Source: a virus. From it: a DNA stretch of 35,411 nt. Numbering within the stretch: position 1 is the stretch's first letter; each line of letters begins with the position of its first letter. Positions 26,046 to 34,480 of this stretch are shown one piece after another. The notes under the pieces were generated by a model, which was not told the DNA's origin, did not search any database, and saw only the letters and a list, made by a program, of their open reading frames with translations. The stretch lies in IMG/VR virus record IMGVR_UViG_3300038956_000205, positions 1-35,411 of that record, one strand, 5' to 3'. The position numbers and the translations under genes were made by a program.

Positions 26046-26480
26046 AATGAGAATACTTTATATATGTTGACAACTAAATGAGTTTCGGATATCTCAAGAA
26101 CGAAAAGCAGTTTAGATACCTTTGTCGAACCTCTTCCTTTGAAAACCTTTGAAAAACAGCCGGTAGTTTTAGCCCAGGGAAACCGGAGCCATCCAAAACC
26201 CTGGGCTAATACTTTTCACTTCATTTTGATAGGAAGTGACAAAGACTATGTTTCACATGCATAATATAAATAACTTTTCTTTTCTAACATATTATTTTTA
26301 ACAGTGCGTAACATATATTAGATATATATTCAGTATGAAGAGTCGTGTTTTTTGATTGGAGAGTTTGAAATTATTTTAAAATTGTGATTTTTATATTTAG
26401 TGGGTTACAGTGTGAAATATATTTGGGTATTTTTATTTAATTTTTTGGATAAGTAGAAAACTTTATATACATAAGTTACG

Positions 26481-26499
26481 TATTACGTAGTACGTAATA
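26481..26499. promoter_or_regulatory. perfect palindrome TATTACGTA-G-TACGTAATA downstream of a TATA box
   Basis: TTTATATA at 26462; lies upstream of the small regulator gene. Confidence 0.65.
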
Positions 26500-26530
26500 A
26501 TTACAAAGAGTAAATGGAGATGGAGATATT

Positions 26531-26710
26531 ATGGCTGCAAAAGGCATCAAGGAAATATACCTCAAAGAAGAAGATTACAAAGTAATAAGAGACTTCGCAA
26601 ACCGAACAAAACCAGCAGGCTGTAAACCGAAAAGGAACAGTGAGCTAGTTAAAGAAGCGTTTAAAATTGCGTTTGGGGTTGAATTTCCGAGTGATGTAAG
26701 AAAACAATAA
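26531..26710 (+). CDS. 59-aa ribbon-helix-helix-like regulator
   Basis: MAAKGIKEIYLKEEDYKVIRDFA...NSELVKEAFKIA; GGAG RBS. Confidence 0.55.
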   Translation: MAAKGIKEIYLKEEDYKVIRDFANRTKPAGCKPKRNSELVKEAFKIAFGVEFPSDVRKQ

Positions 26711-26808
26711 ATAAAAGAATACTCATAAAATAGAGGAACTACTATGAAAGAAATCGGAGCCATTATAGTTACTACTATTTTTCAAAGAAATGAAGGGAGG
26801 GTTTAATT

Positions 26809-27087
26809 ATGCCCTACTTAGACCCATTCCCTGAAGATAACCCCAGTAATTTTAAGATTGTCAAGCCGGGGTATATAGAGGAATATCTGAAAGATGCGAC
26901 TCTCACGGATTGTCAAAAACAATTCATTGAATGTATAAAAGACCCTGTAATTTTATCTTTGTTGAATCTGTTTCTCCTTGAGAAAGTTGTTCCATTATCC
27001 ACGATTAAAGAACAGGAGCGCGTTCTTGAAAATCTGAGTGAAGAGATGGAAAAATGGGTACATGAGAGGGGATTTGATGACATCTAA
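26809..27087 (+). CDS. hypothetical protein
   Basis: 92 aa; GGAGGG RBS. Confidence 0.55.
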   Translation: MPYLDPFPEDNPSNFKIVKPGYIEEYLKDATLTDCQKQFIECIKDPVILSLLNLFLLEKVVPLSTIKEQERVLENLSEEMEKWVHERGFDDI

Positions 27088-27754
27088 ACAGGGGCTTTTA
27101 CTCATGGGGTCATCAAAAGAAAGGAAGTTTTTAGACTTGTGGAATGATCCAGAACTAAAGCCGGTAATCGAGAGCCAAATAGGTAAATACTTGCTTTCGG
27201 ATGCGGGGCGAAGTATAATATCAGATGTTTTTTTCTCGATGCTTAGGGAAACAAGACTACTTAAACGGGTCGGGCTTCTCGAAGCATATACAGGACTAGA
27301 CGTTGATACTCATTGCGTCGGATCTGATTGGGAATGGGAAGAAATGAGCCCGGTTGAAAGGGAAATGTACCCGGAGAATAAAAAAATCGTAGTACAACCT
27401 CTAAACGCTCAACTTTCCCTTATTGCTGATAGGATCAATGATGTTTCATTACCTGTCCTTAAAGAAACTGTCATCCTCGCTGCAAACGAAACTGAGGTAC
27501 GGGCACGACTCCTTAAAGATAAGCTCTCCTCTGTGCCCTACCGGAACGGAAAAAAGTTCATGTTGGGAACAGAAGTTCAAAAGTTTCTACTTCACGAAAT
27601 TGCCGAGGATCACAGGGCAAATGAGAAAGGAATAAGGCAAACTGCAAAAGACGTAATGAAAAAGGCAGTTGAACAATTTCCTAATGAAGTGAGACTCGGA
27701 AAGAACGAGAAAAAAAGAAACTTTATTGAATATATCGAAAAGCCATATAACTAA
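27077..27754 (+). CDS. hypothetical protein, candidate origin-binding/replication protein
   Basis: GAGGGG RBS; basic C-terminus; directly upstream of the palindrome cluster. Confidence 0.45.
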   Translation: MTSKQGLLLMGSSKERKFLDLWNDPELKPVIESQIGKYLLSDAGRSIISDVFFSMLRETRLLKRVGLLEAYTGLDVDTHCVGSDWEWEEMSPVEREMYPENKKIVVQPLNAQLSLIADRINDVSLPVLKETVILAANETEVRARLLKDKLSSVPYRNGKKFMLGTEVQKFLLHEIAEDHRANEKGIRQTAKDVMKKAVEQFPNEVRLGKNEKKRNFIEYIEKPYN

Positions 27755-27756
27755 AT

Positions 27757-28070
27757 GTTGTAAGTTCTAACTTACATTCTTGTAAGTTTGTGTAAGGACT
27801 TACTTACAACTCAGCGACTAAGAAGGAGAGAAAAAGGAAGGATTTGAGGTAAAATGTAACACAAAAAGAAAAGCTAAAGAAATAAAGATGAAAACTTGAC
27901 TAAAAATGTCGTTTAACATCTTTGAATAATATAGATAGAATAATACGAATAGCTTAGAATGTGTTACGATTTCATGTGTTAGATTAGTAAGGTTTGAGTA
28001 ACCCGCTTACAGATTTTCCAATTCTTGTAAGTAAGAACTTACAAGAACTTACATGAATTCTTGTTAAGAA
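27757..28070. repeat. iteron-like cluster TGTAAG(T/G)-N4-ACTTACA flanking an AT-rich spacer
   Basis: Full palindromes at 27759, 27791 and 28026; extra half-sites at 27781 and 28047. Confidence 0.75.
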
Positions 28071-28160
28071 ATTAGGAAAACGTGTTATCTTAGGAAAATT
28101 CACTTAAAGTTCTTAAATAAACAACTTAATAAAAAATTGGAGCTATATCGAGGTGTCTAA

Positions 28161-28466
28161 ATGCGCTTAATGAGTGTCTCAGAATCAAGATATCATTATC
28201 TCCCAGATAAAATAAAACTGAAACGGGCTAAAATGTTTGTCAAGCTCGCTACATTGCTGGAAATGGGACAACTTGAAAACCCAGATAAAATATGGAATTA
28301 TATTGAGTCTCATATGATAGAAGACGATCTTGAGTATATGACTATCGAGGAACTTATACTCATGAGGTCTAAGGGATTTGTAGATGACTCTAAAATTTAT
28401 GATCTTTTCCCTGAAGAATTCGATTTTTTAGAGGGAATTCCTGTTTTAATGTGGGATGTATTATAA
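28161..28466 (+). CDS. hypothetical protein
   Basis: 101 aa; GAGGTG RBS. Confidence 0.55.
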   Translation: MRLMSVSESRYHYLPDKIKLKRAKMFVKLATLLEMGQLENPDKIWNYIESHMIEDDLEYMTIEELILMRSKGFVDDSKIYDLFPEEFDFLEGIPVLMWDVL

Positions 28467-28857
28467 TATAACATCATTTAAAAAATCGGAGCCACAAATT
28501 ATGTTACTTTCAGATAACGTATCTTGCGTTTTACAAGTCCCTACTATCAAGACTCTAAGCTCTTTGAAGGAAGTAAAAGACCCTTCATTTCCATTCGATG
28601 TAAAACTCCATTTCAGACAAAGACCGGATCACTGGAAAGAAGTTCAAAAATTCCGCTTCGAAAATAAAATCCACTACACAAGAGATGCAGAAACCGAATA
28701 CGTCAAACATAAAATCAAACTTCTCAATAGCGACATCTTTTATTTCCTTCGCGCACATCCCGACGCAAGCTCTCAAGAGTTTTGTAATGCGTTTAGGGGT
28801 TATGCCTTAACATATGGAGAGGAACTTATCAGGAGGGCTTTACAACGGCTAAAGTAA
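28456..28857 (+). CDS. hypothetical protein
   Basis: 133 aa, overlaps the previous gene. Confidence 0.55.
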   Translation: MYYNITSFKKSEPQIMLLSDNVSCVLQVPTIKTLSSLKEVKDPSFPFDVKLHFRQRPDHWKEVQKFRFENKIHYTRDAETEYVKHKIKLLNSDIFYFLRAHPDASSQEFCNAFRGYALTYGEELIRRALQRLK

Positions 28858-29442
28858 TCATGCCTCAAGCGGGGCCAGTATTCGACTTCAATTTTAAAAT
28901 GAAATATAATGGCCCAGAAGCTTATCATTTCCCATCAGGCCCTTCTCATAATTCCCCCTGCATGGATCAATATTGGCGAGCTCAACCTATCCGACAGAGC
29001 GAACCGAGAGAGGAAGATACAGAGCACGAAAACTGAGACATTCTCAATTTATTTGTGTAAGTCCTTCGAAATCTATTTAAACTTGAAAGTTGTGTTTAAA
29101 TTGGGCATTGTGTTTTTTTGTCTTTGGAGTCCTGGCAGGGACTCCAAGCTACTCTTCTAGTTTTTAGCGTTCAAATGGAGCGTCGCTATGAGCGTATATA
29201 GTAGCAATCATTGTGTTGGATCGCTAGATATAACAAATTATCCAACAGCAGAACAAACCTTTTTGTTTAATGTCTGGACAGTTCTCGAACAAATTCAAGA
29301 CTCCATATATGACCAATCAAGCCCGGATCTACCGGGAGTTTGCATATAACAAGCTGGGGAATAAGTAATAATCTCCTTATTTTTAATTTCCTTTAAATAG
29401 TAACATAATAAAATAAAAGATAATATATTGAAAGGTGCGAAG

Positions 29443-29952
29443 ATGGCGGTCCAGAAAAAAAAGAAACCAAAGAAGAAAACTTCTGAAAATTCAAATAAAT
29501 TAGAAGTTTTTACATGGACTCCAAAAAGAAAACAAGCCGCTCTTTTACTATCAGAAGGCACTAAAACTTATGAAGAAGTCGCTGAAGCGGTTAGAATCCA
29601 TATTTCAACACTCTGGTTATGGAGACAGCACGACATTTTTTTAAAAGAAGTTGACAGGCTCACTCTTGAAAACGAGAAAGCAACTAAGGCGGGACTTCTA
29701 AGAATAGCTATCAAGGCACTCGAAGATAAGAAAGACGGTATTAAGGACGATAAGAACACCGCTCTCGATTGGGCTAAGTTCATAGCTGATATTCAGGGGC
29801 ATGTTAAACAGAAGGTTGAACTTGATGCCAATATGAAACATGATATTAAACAGCCTTCTGAAATGACAGACGAGGAGCTGGAGCAGGCTATAGAAGATGA
29901 CAGGAAAAAGCTTATCGAAGCTGGAATTATACCAGACGTTACAAAGGTATAA
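29443..29952 (+). CDS. terS: terminase small subunit (HTH)
   Basis: 'QAALLLSEG..TYEEVAEAVRIHISTLWLW' HTH; 'KQKVELDANMK...SEMTDEEL'; immediately before terL. Confidence 0.8.
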   Translation: MAVQKKKKPKKKTSENSNKLEVFTWTPKRKQAALLLSEGTKTYEEVAEAVRIHISTLWLWRQHDIFLKEVDRLTLENEKATKAGLLRIAIKALEDKKDGIKDDKNTALDWAKFIADIQGHVKQKVELDANMKHDIKQPSEMTDEELEQAIEDDRKKLIEAGIIPDVTKV

Positions 29953-31447
29953 GCAAAACGAAAGAGAGAGGAGGGTAAGACAGGCCCGGACTAACCTTCT
30001 CGATTTTACTCGTTTTACAATGCCAGAATATAGGGTTAACTGGCATCACCGCTTAATATGTCAAAAACTCGATGAATTTATCGAAGGAAAAAACAAACGT
30101 TTAATTATCGCTTGCCCGCCGCGTCATGGGAAAAGTGAGTTAGTTTCAAGAAGGTTTCCAGCTTACATTTTAGGCAGGAATCCAGACGCTAAAATTATAG
30201 CCTGCTCTTATGGTTCGGACTTAGCTTCTCTTTTAAATCGAGATGTTCAGAGGATAATTTCATCTCCCGAATACGCTGAACTATTCCCAGATACAAAACT
30301 CAATGATGCAAATGTAAGGTCAACGGCTCAAGAAAACTACCTCAGGAACTCTGATATATTCGAGGTAGTGAACCACAAAGGGGTTTATCGTTCAGCAGGC
30401 GTGGGAGGAGCAATTACCGGGATGGGCGGCGATTATCTTATAGTAGACGACCCAATACGCAGCAGGGCAGATGCCGAGAGCCCCGCAATCAGAGATAAAG
30501 TATGGAAATGGTACAGCTCGACCTTCAGGACTCGTAGACAGAAAGATGCTTCTATCCTCATTACAGCTACTCGCTGGCATGAAGACGACCTTACAGGCAG
30601 GCTCTTAGAACTCGCAAAAAATAACCCGGATGCTGACCAATGGGAAGTAATCAATCTTCCGGCATTATCCGAGGAACCGCTTGAAGAATATGATCAGCGA
30701 ACCGGACCAGGTCAGGCACTCTGGCCTGACGAATTTCCAGAAGTTGACCTGTTAAGTACTAAGGCATCTTCTACGGTCTATGAATGGCTTTCCCTCTACC
30801 AGCAAAGACCAAGTGCAGCAGCTGGAAACCTTGTAAAGAAAGAACACTTCAAATACTGCACTCTTGAAAATGGAGTATTATCTCTTAGCGAAAATAAAAA
30901 GTTCATGCTCTCACAGTGCAAAGTTTTCCAAACATGCGACCCGGCAGCCAGTGAGAAAGCTTCAGCCGATGATTTTGTCTTGGCGACCTGGGCGCAGACT
31001 CCTCAGAACGATCTAGCCCTAATTGACATTCTAAAAACAAGAATGGAAACACCCGTACAGGTTCCATTGTTCAGACAGCAATACACCAAATGGCGACCTC
31101 TTCAACAATGGGTAGAAACGAACGGACTTGGTATCTCATTATATCAGCATCTTATAGCCGAAGGGCTGCCAATTGGGAAACTGAATGCCGGAAAAGCAGA
31201 TAAATTAACCAGGTTCATTCCTGCAGCAACACGGATCACAGCAGGAGCAGTATACTTCTTAGCAGGCGCACCCTGGCTGAATGACTATGAAGCAGAGCTT
31301 CTAGGGTTCCCGAATGTTAAGCAGGATGGACAGGTCGACGTTACTTCTTATGCTTGTCAGGTTGTAATTGAACATCCCTTTGTAGAAATGTCTTATGAAA
31401 CCTCCTACATAGGCACTTCATACAGTTCAGGGAGCATGAGAATTTAA
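29897..31447 (+). CDS. terL: terminase large subunit
   Basis: Walker A 'PPRHGKS', Walker B 'YLIVDDP', 'TRWHEDDL', nuclease 'CDPA' and 'GFPN..QDGQVD'. Confidence 0.95.
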   Translation: MTGKSLSKLELYQTLQRYKQNERERRVRQARTNLLDFTRFTMPEYRVNWHHRLICQKLDEFIEGKNKRLIIACPPRHGKSELVSRRFPAYILGRNPDAKIIACSYGSDLASLLNRDVQRIISSPEYAELFPDTKLNDANVRSTAQENYLRNSDIFEVVNHKGVYRSAGVGGAITGMGGDYLIVDDPIRSRADAESPAIRDKVWKWYSSTFRTRRQKDASILITATRWHEDDLTGRLLELAKNNPDADQWEVINLPALSEEPLEEYDQRTGPGQALWPDEFPEVDLLSTKASSTVYEWLSLYQQRPSAAAGNLVKKEHFKYCTLENGVLSLSENKKFMLSQCKVFQTCDPAASEKASADDFVLATWAQTPQNDLALIDILKTRMETPVQVPLFRQQYTKWRPLQQWVETNGLGISLYQHLIAEGLPIGKLNAGKADKLTRFIPAATRITAGAVYFLAGAPWLNDYEAELLGFPNVKQDGQVDVTSYACQVVIEHPFVEMSYETSYIGTSYSSGSMRI

Positions 31448-31520
31448 TTTTTTTCGTTGGTATATTTGCGTTAAGCTTATATAATATTTGCGTTATAACA
31501 CTTTACACAGGAGGTGAACC

Positions 31521-31691
31521 GTGAAAAAAAGAAAATTCAAACTTGAAAAATACGAAACCCCCCGAGACATAACTATAAAAAACGTAGTCTACGAAACAGC
31601 CGGAACCGTAACAGACCGAGGGTTTGTTTATGTCTCATCACTTCCAGAATTCAAAAATAAGAAGGTGATAATGTTAATCCAGGATCAATAA
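31521..31691 (+). CDS. 56-aa DUF2080/AbrB-like small protein
   Basis: GGAGGTGA RBS, TATA at about 31478; 'GFVYVSSLPEFKNKKVIMLIQD'. Confidence 0.5.
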   Translation: MKKRKFKLEKYETPRDITIKNVVYETAGTVTDRGFVYVSSLPEFKNKKVIMLIQDQ

Positions 31692-31849
31692 CCCTTTCTC
31701 AATTAATCTGTAAGTCCAGAAACATCCAGCCAGACCAGGGCAACATACAAGGAACTTGTGTTTATTGCGGTCTGCCTACGGACCGCGGAGTGAGCTCACT
31801 TTCAATGCACACTTGGAGAAATAACGGATGGAAATTAAGAATTATCTGA
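31688..31849 (+). pseudogene. truncated Zn-finger N-terminus resembling Csf1/Cas8-like proteins of type IV-B modules
   Basis: (I)TLSQLICKSRNIQPDQGNIQGTCVYCGLPTDRG, then unrelated sequence; ATA start overlaps the upstream TAA; resemblance from recall. Confidence 0.35.
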
Positions 31850-32319
31850 ACAAGGAGCGTATCCATTATACAGTTACTCTCAAGGAGGGGAGGAGCAAGT
31901 CAATTCAGCTCTGGGAACATATAGACGGAATGAATAGGCATTACAAGAATCAAATTGGATCTGTGTTTACATGGCGAGCAGAAATTATTCGTCTTTTTCT
32001 CGATAAACTTGTTATCAAGTATCAGCAAGATGTAAAAGTTACGATTCTGAAAAGGCAAATGATATTGGATACTGATGGTAGTGGGATCATTCACTTAGAT
32101 AAATCCCAGTGGAACAGTGACTATCGGTTGCCTGAAGAGACGGCAATGAAGATGCTCTTTGCAATTAAACTGGTTTCGAGTATGGAACAACGTCCTCGAA
32201 TAGAAGAGGCATTAGAGATTATTAATTCTTTGACTGATGAAGAAATTTCGTTCTGGGCATGGAAAGTACTATCATTAAAAAATGCTGCCCTCAATGCGTT
32301 TAAAGCAATGTATCTTTGA
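31828..32319 (+). CDS. hypothetical protein with C-terminal 'IEEALEIINSLTDEEISFW' motif
   Basis: 163 aa; the tail resembles small proteins seen with archaeal methylase/defence operons (recall, unverified). Confidence 0.55.
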   Translation: MEIKNYLNKERIHYTVTLKEGRSKSIQLWEHIDGMNRHYKNQIGSVFTWRAEIIRLFLDKLVIKYQQDVKVTILKRQMILDTDGSGIIHLDKSQWNSDYRLPEETAMKMLFAIKLVSSMEQRPRIEEALEIINSLTDEEISFWAWKVLSLKNAALNAFKAMYL

Positions 32320-32440
32320 GATGATTCTGTTTTCAAATTAACTTTTTTCATCACCATTAGCAAAGATTTATATACCATTAGCAATATAGTATAGTATGCA
32401 GTAATCTTATCTTACTGGATTAAAGAGCAAGAGGCTAAAA

Positions 32441-32617
32441 ATGCAGTCAAAAACTGAGAAATGGCCAGATCACGGAGCTTTATCTATTCCCATCAAGCCC
32501 GAAACTGAAGTATATACATGTGAGCTCGATAAATTACGCAGACCTTCCGCTATTCCTTCAGGGAAGAAAGGGAAAAAATGTATAGTGGTGATGATTGATG
32601 AAACAAACAACCCTTGA
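32441..32617 (+). CDS. 58-aa DUF2080-like small protein
   Basis: GAGG RBS, TATA at about 32369; 'IPSGKKGKKCIVVMIDE'. Confidence 0.45.
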   Translation: MQSKTEKWPDHGALSIPIKPETEVYTCELDKLRRPSAIPSGKKGKKCIVVMIDETNNP

Positions 32618-32959
32618 AGAATTAAAGCCGTCTCTTTTAGATCAAGTGCGGAAAATCGCTCAAGAAGCTTCTAACCTCCCACTTGAAGAGAAAGTTAACT
32701 TCCTGAACGAAGCCCGCCGCATATTGCATGAGATTAGCCCGTTCAATTTTGAGCCTATAGACTTCGTTGAGTGGGTCCCGGCTGAAACCTTAGAGGCTAA
32801 CGGCTGAAAAAGAGATTCAGTAAACAACCTGAAGTTGATTCAATTCACCGGCAGCAGTGCAGGTAGGTTCTTTTGTGTGATTATGAGAACAATCTACCTG
32901 TTAACACTCAGGCCATGAAGAAGGATGAATTGCGGGCTAAATGGTGGAATGTCCTGTGA
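32595..32959 (+). pseudogene. deletion relic joining an IbrB-like N-terminus to an IbrA-like C-terminus
   Basis: 'ISPFNFEPIDFVEWVPAETLEAN' stops just before the expected DYNPN motif; a different frame gives 'RFSKQPEV..HRQQCR*VLLCDYENN...KWWNVL' with TAG at 32864. Confidence 0.55.
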
Positions 32960-33630
32960 AACAGACGAACTTACAAACCTTCGGGAAGCCTCCACTCCCA
33001 CGAGGTTACTCTCCTTCCCACATTCTCACGTATCGAAGATGTGAATATAAATTCCTGTTGGCATTTATTTATAAAGTCAAAGTGGAAACTAAATTTCAGC
33101 CACTATTAACAGGGTCTTCGATACATGAAGACATTTCAAAGGGCATTTTTACATCCGAAGACCCCGAAAGACAAAAAATGTTAACATTCGCTCAGAACTT
33201 CCTTAATAACATGCCGTCGAATCCAGTTTTTGAAACTGATATTAACGATAAAAATAACCCTGGTACGTTCAGAGGTTCGGTTTTCGAAGTCCCATTTTTA
33301 GCCGTTTTCGACGTTCATTTCCCAGAAGATCGAATAGGGATTGACTGGAAGACCGGGAAACAAAAAGAAGACAAGTCAGAGTATGAAATACAGGCTTATA
33401 TTCTTAATGAACTTTTCAGGCAGAAGTATAAACATAACTTGAGAAAGTTCTACTTTGTGTTTCTGAAGGATGGCACTACTTATGAAGCTCAGTCTATGTT
33501 CAACGGTCCAGTGAGAAGCCGAACCGAAACAAAAATAAAAAACGCTCTGGAAGGAGTTAAAAAACTAGAATTTAAAAAATCTACTTCGTGGGCTTGCGAA
33601 TGGTGCGATTATAGAGGGTTCTGCCTATGA
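32941..33630 (+). CDS. PD-(D/E)XK RecB/Cas4-like exonuclease with four conserved Cys
   Basis: 'YSPSHILTYRRC', 'GSSIHE', 'FD...IDWKTG', 'Q..I', 'CEWCDYRGFC'. Confidence 0.85.
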   Translation: MVECPVKQTNLQTFGKPPLPRGYSPSHILTYRRCEYKFLLAFIYKVKVETKFQPLLTGSSIHEDISKGIFTSEDPERQKMLTFAQNFLNNMPSNPVFETDINDKNNPGTFRGSVFEVPFLAVFDVHFPEDRIGIDWKTGKQKEDKSEYEIQAYILNELFRQKYKHNLRKFYFVFLKDGTTYEAQSMFNGPVRSRTETKIKNALEGVKKLEFKKSTSWACEWCDYRGFCL

Positions 33631-33752
33631 CTGATAACGGGGCGTGTTTTCGTTGTGGAGAATCAACGGATTTCCATATATACAAATCAGAGAGGGGCGA
33701 AAATAAAACATATTATTGCTGCGAAAAATGCGAAGACGAGCTGAGAAAATGA
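33627..33752 (+). CDS. 41-aa Zn-finger microprotein
   Basis: MTDNGACFRCG...YYCCEKCEDELRK; ATGA overlaps at both ends. Confidence 0.65.
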   Translation: MTDNGACFRCGESTDFHIYKSERGENKTYYCCEKCEDELRK

Positions 33753-34444
33753 ATCCCATAGATAAAGAAATGTACCTGATGTACGCAGAAACAGACGAAT
33801 ACCAAAAAGCCGTAAGGCAACTTGAGGAGAACGTTTCTAAGGCGTTTTCTGAGTACTCTAATCCTTACGTTGCCTATTCAGGAGGGAAGGACTCTCTGGT
33901 AATGTCTCATGCAGTCTTGCAGGAAAACATAGACACTTTAATTTTTCATTGGGATTATGGGCCGTATTACATGCCTAGAGAACTGGAAAAAGAAGTAATT
34001 GATATGGCGTATAAGATCGGAGCTAAGAACATTAGAGTAGATAGTACAGAAGTATATAAGCAGAAAAAGAGAGAGGCTATAAGTGTTTTAGGCAGGATGC
34101 TCTATGGTAGAGTACTACCAGGATTGAAAGCAGAAGGTTACGATTTATCCTTTGTTGGACTTCGAGCTCAGGAAGGATGTAAGCGAGCCAGAAGAGTTTC
34201 AGATCTCTTTGAAAATGATTCAGTACTACCTAATTGTTTTCCAGTCCGTCACATGAAAGCTAGGGATATATGGGCTTATATCGTCAGTAATAATCTACCT
34301 TACTGCTCACATTATGATAAATATGCTTCACTTGTAGGATACGAAGAAGTAAGATTCTGTACTTTCTTTGATAAAGAGTTTGATAAGTACGGGAATTCTA
34401 ATTTAGATGGCGTTTTAATGACTCAATTTAAAAATGTTTTTTAA
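33749..34444 (+). CDS. CysH-like PAPS-reductase-family (PP-loop) protein
   Basis: 'VAYSGGKDS', 'FVGLRAQEGCKR', 'FPVRHMKARDIWAYIVSNNLPY'; start ATG 33749 is coupled to the previous stop. Confidence 0.85.
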   Translation: MNPIDKEMYLMYAETDEYQKAVRQLEENVSKAFSEYSNPYVAYSGGKDSLVMSHAVLQENIDTLIFHWDYGPYYMPRELEKEVIDMAYKIGAKNIRVDSTEVYKQKKREAISVLGRMLYGRVLPGLKAEGYDLSFVGLRAQEGCKRARRVSDLFENDSVLPNCFPVRHMKARDIWAYIVSNNLPYCSHYDKYASLVGYEEVRFCTFFDKEFDKYGNSNLDGVLMTQFKNVF

Positions 34445-34480
34445 TTTTCTTTTATAACTATTTTTAAACTTCTTTCCTGT

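Noticed and set aside
28909-29160. ORF upstream of terS as a real gene
   Set aside because: Low-complexity tail, no clear RBS or motif; the region may simply be the late promoter or pac region, which I cannot locate
32941-33630. True CRISPR adaptation cas4
   Set aside because: No cas1, cas2 or array nearby; solo Cas4-like/RecB nucleases are common viral recombination genes
33627-33752. Frameshifted Zn-finger pseudogene
   Set aside because: On re-reading, the frame is intact (41 aa) with coupled start and stop
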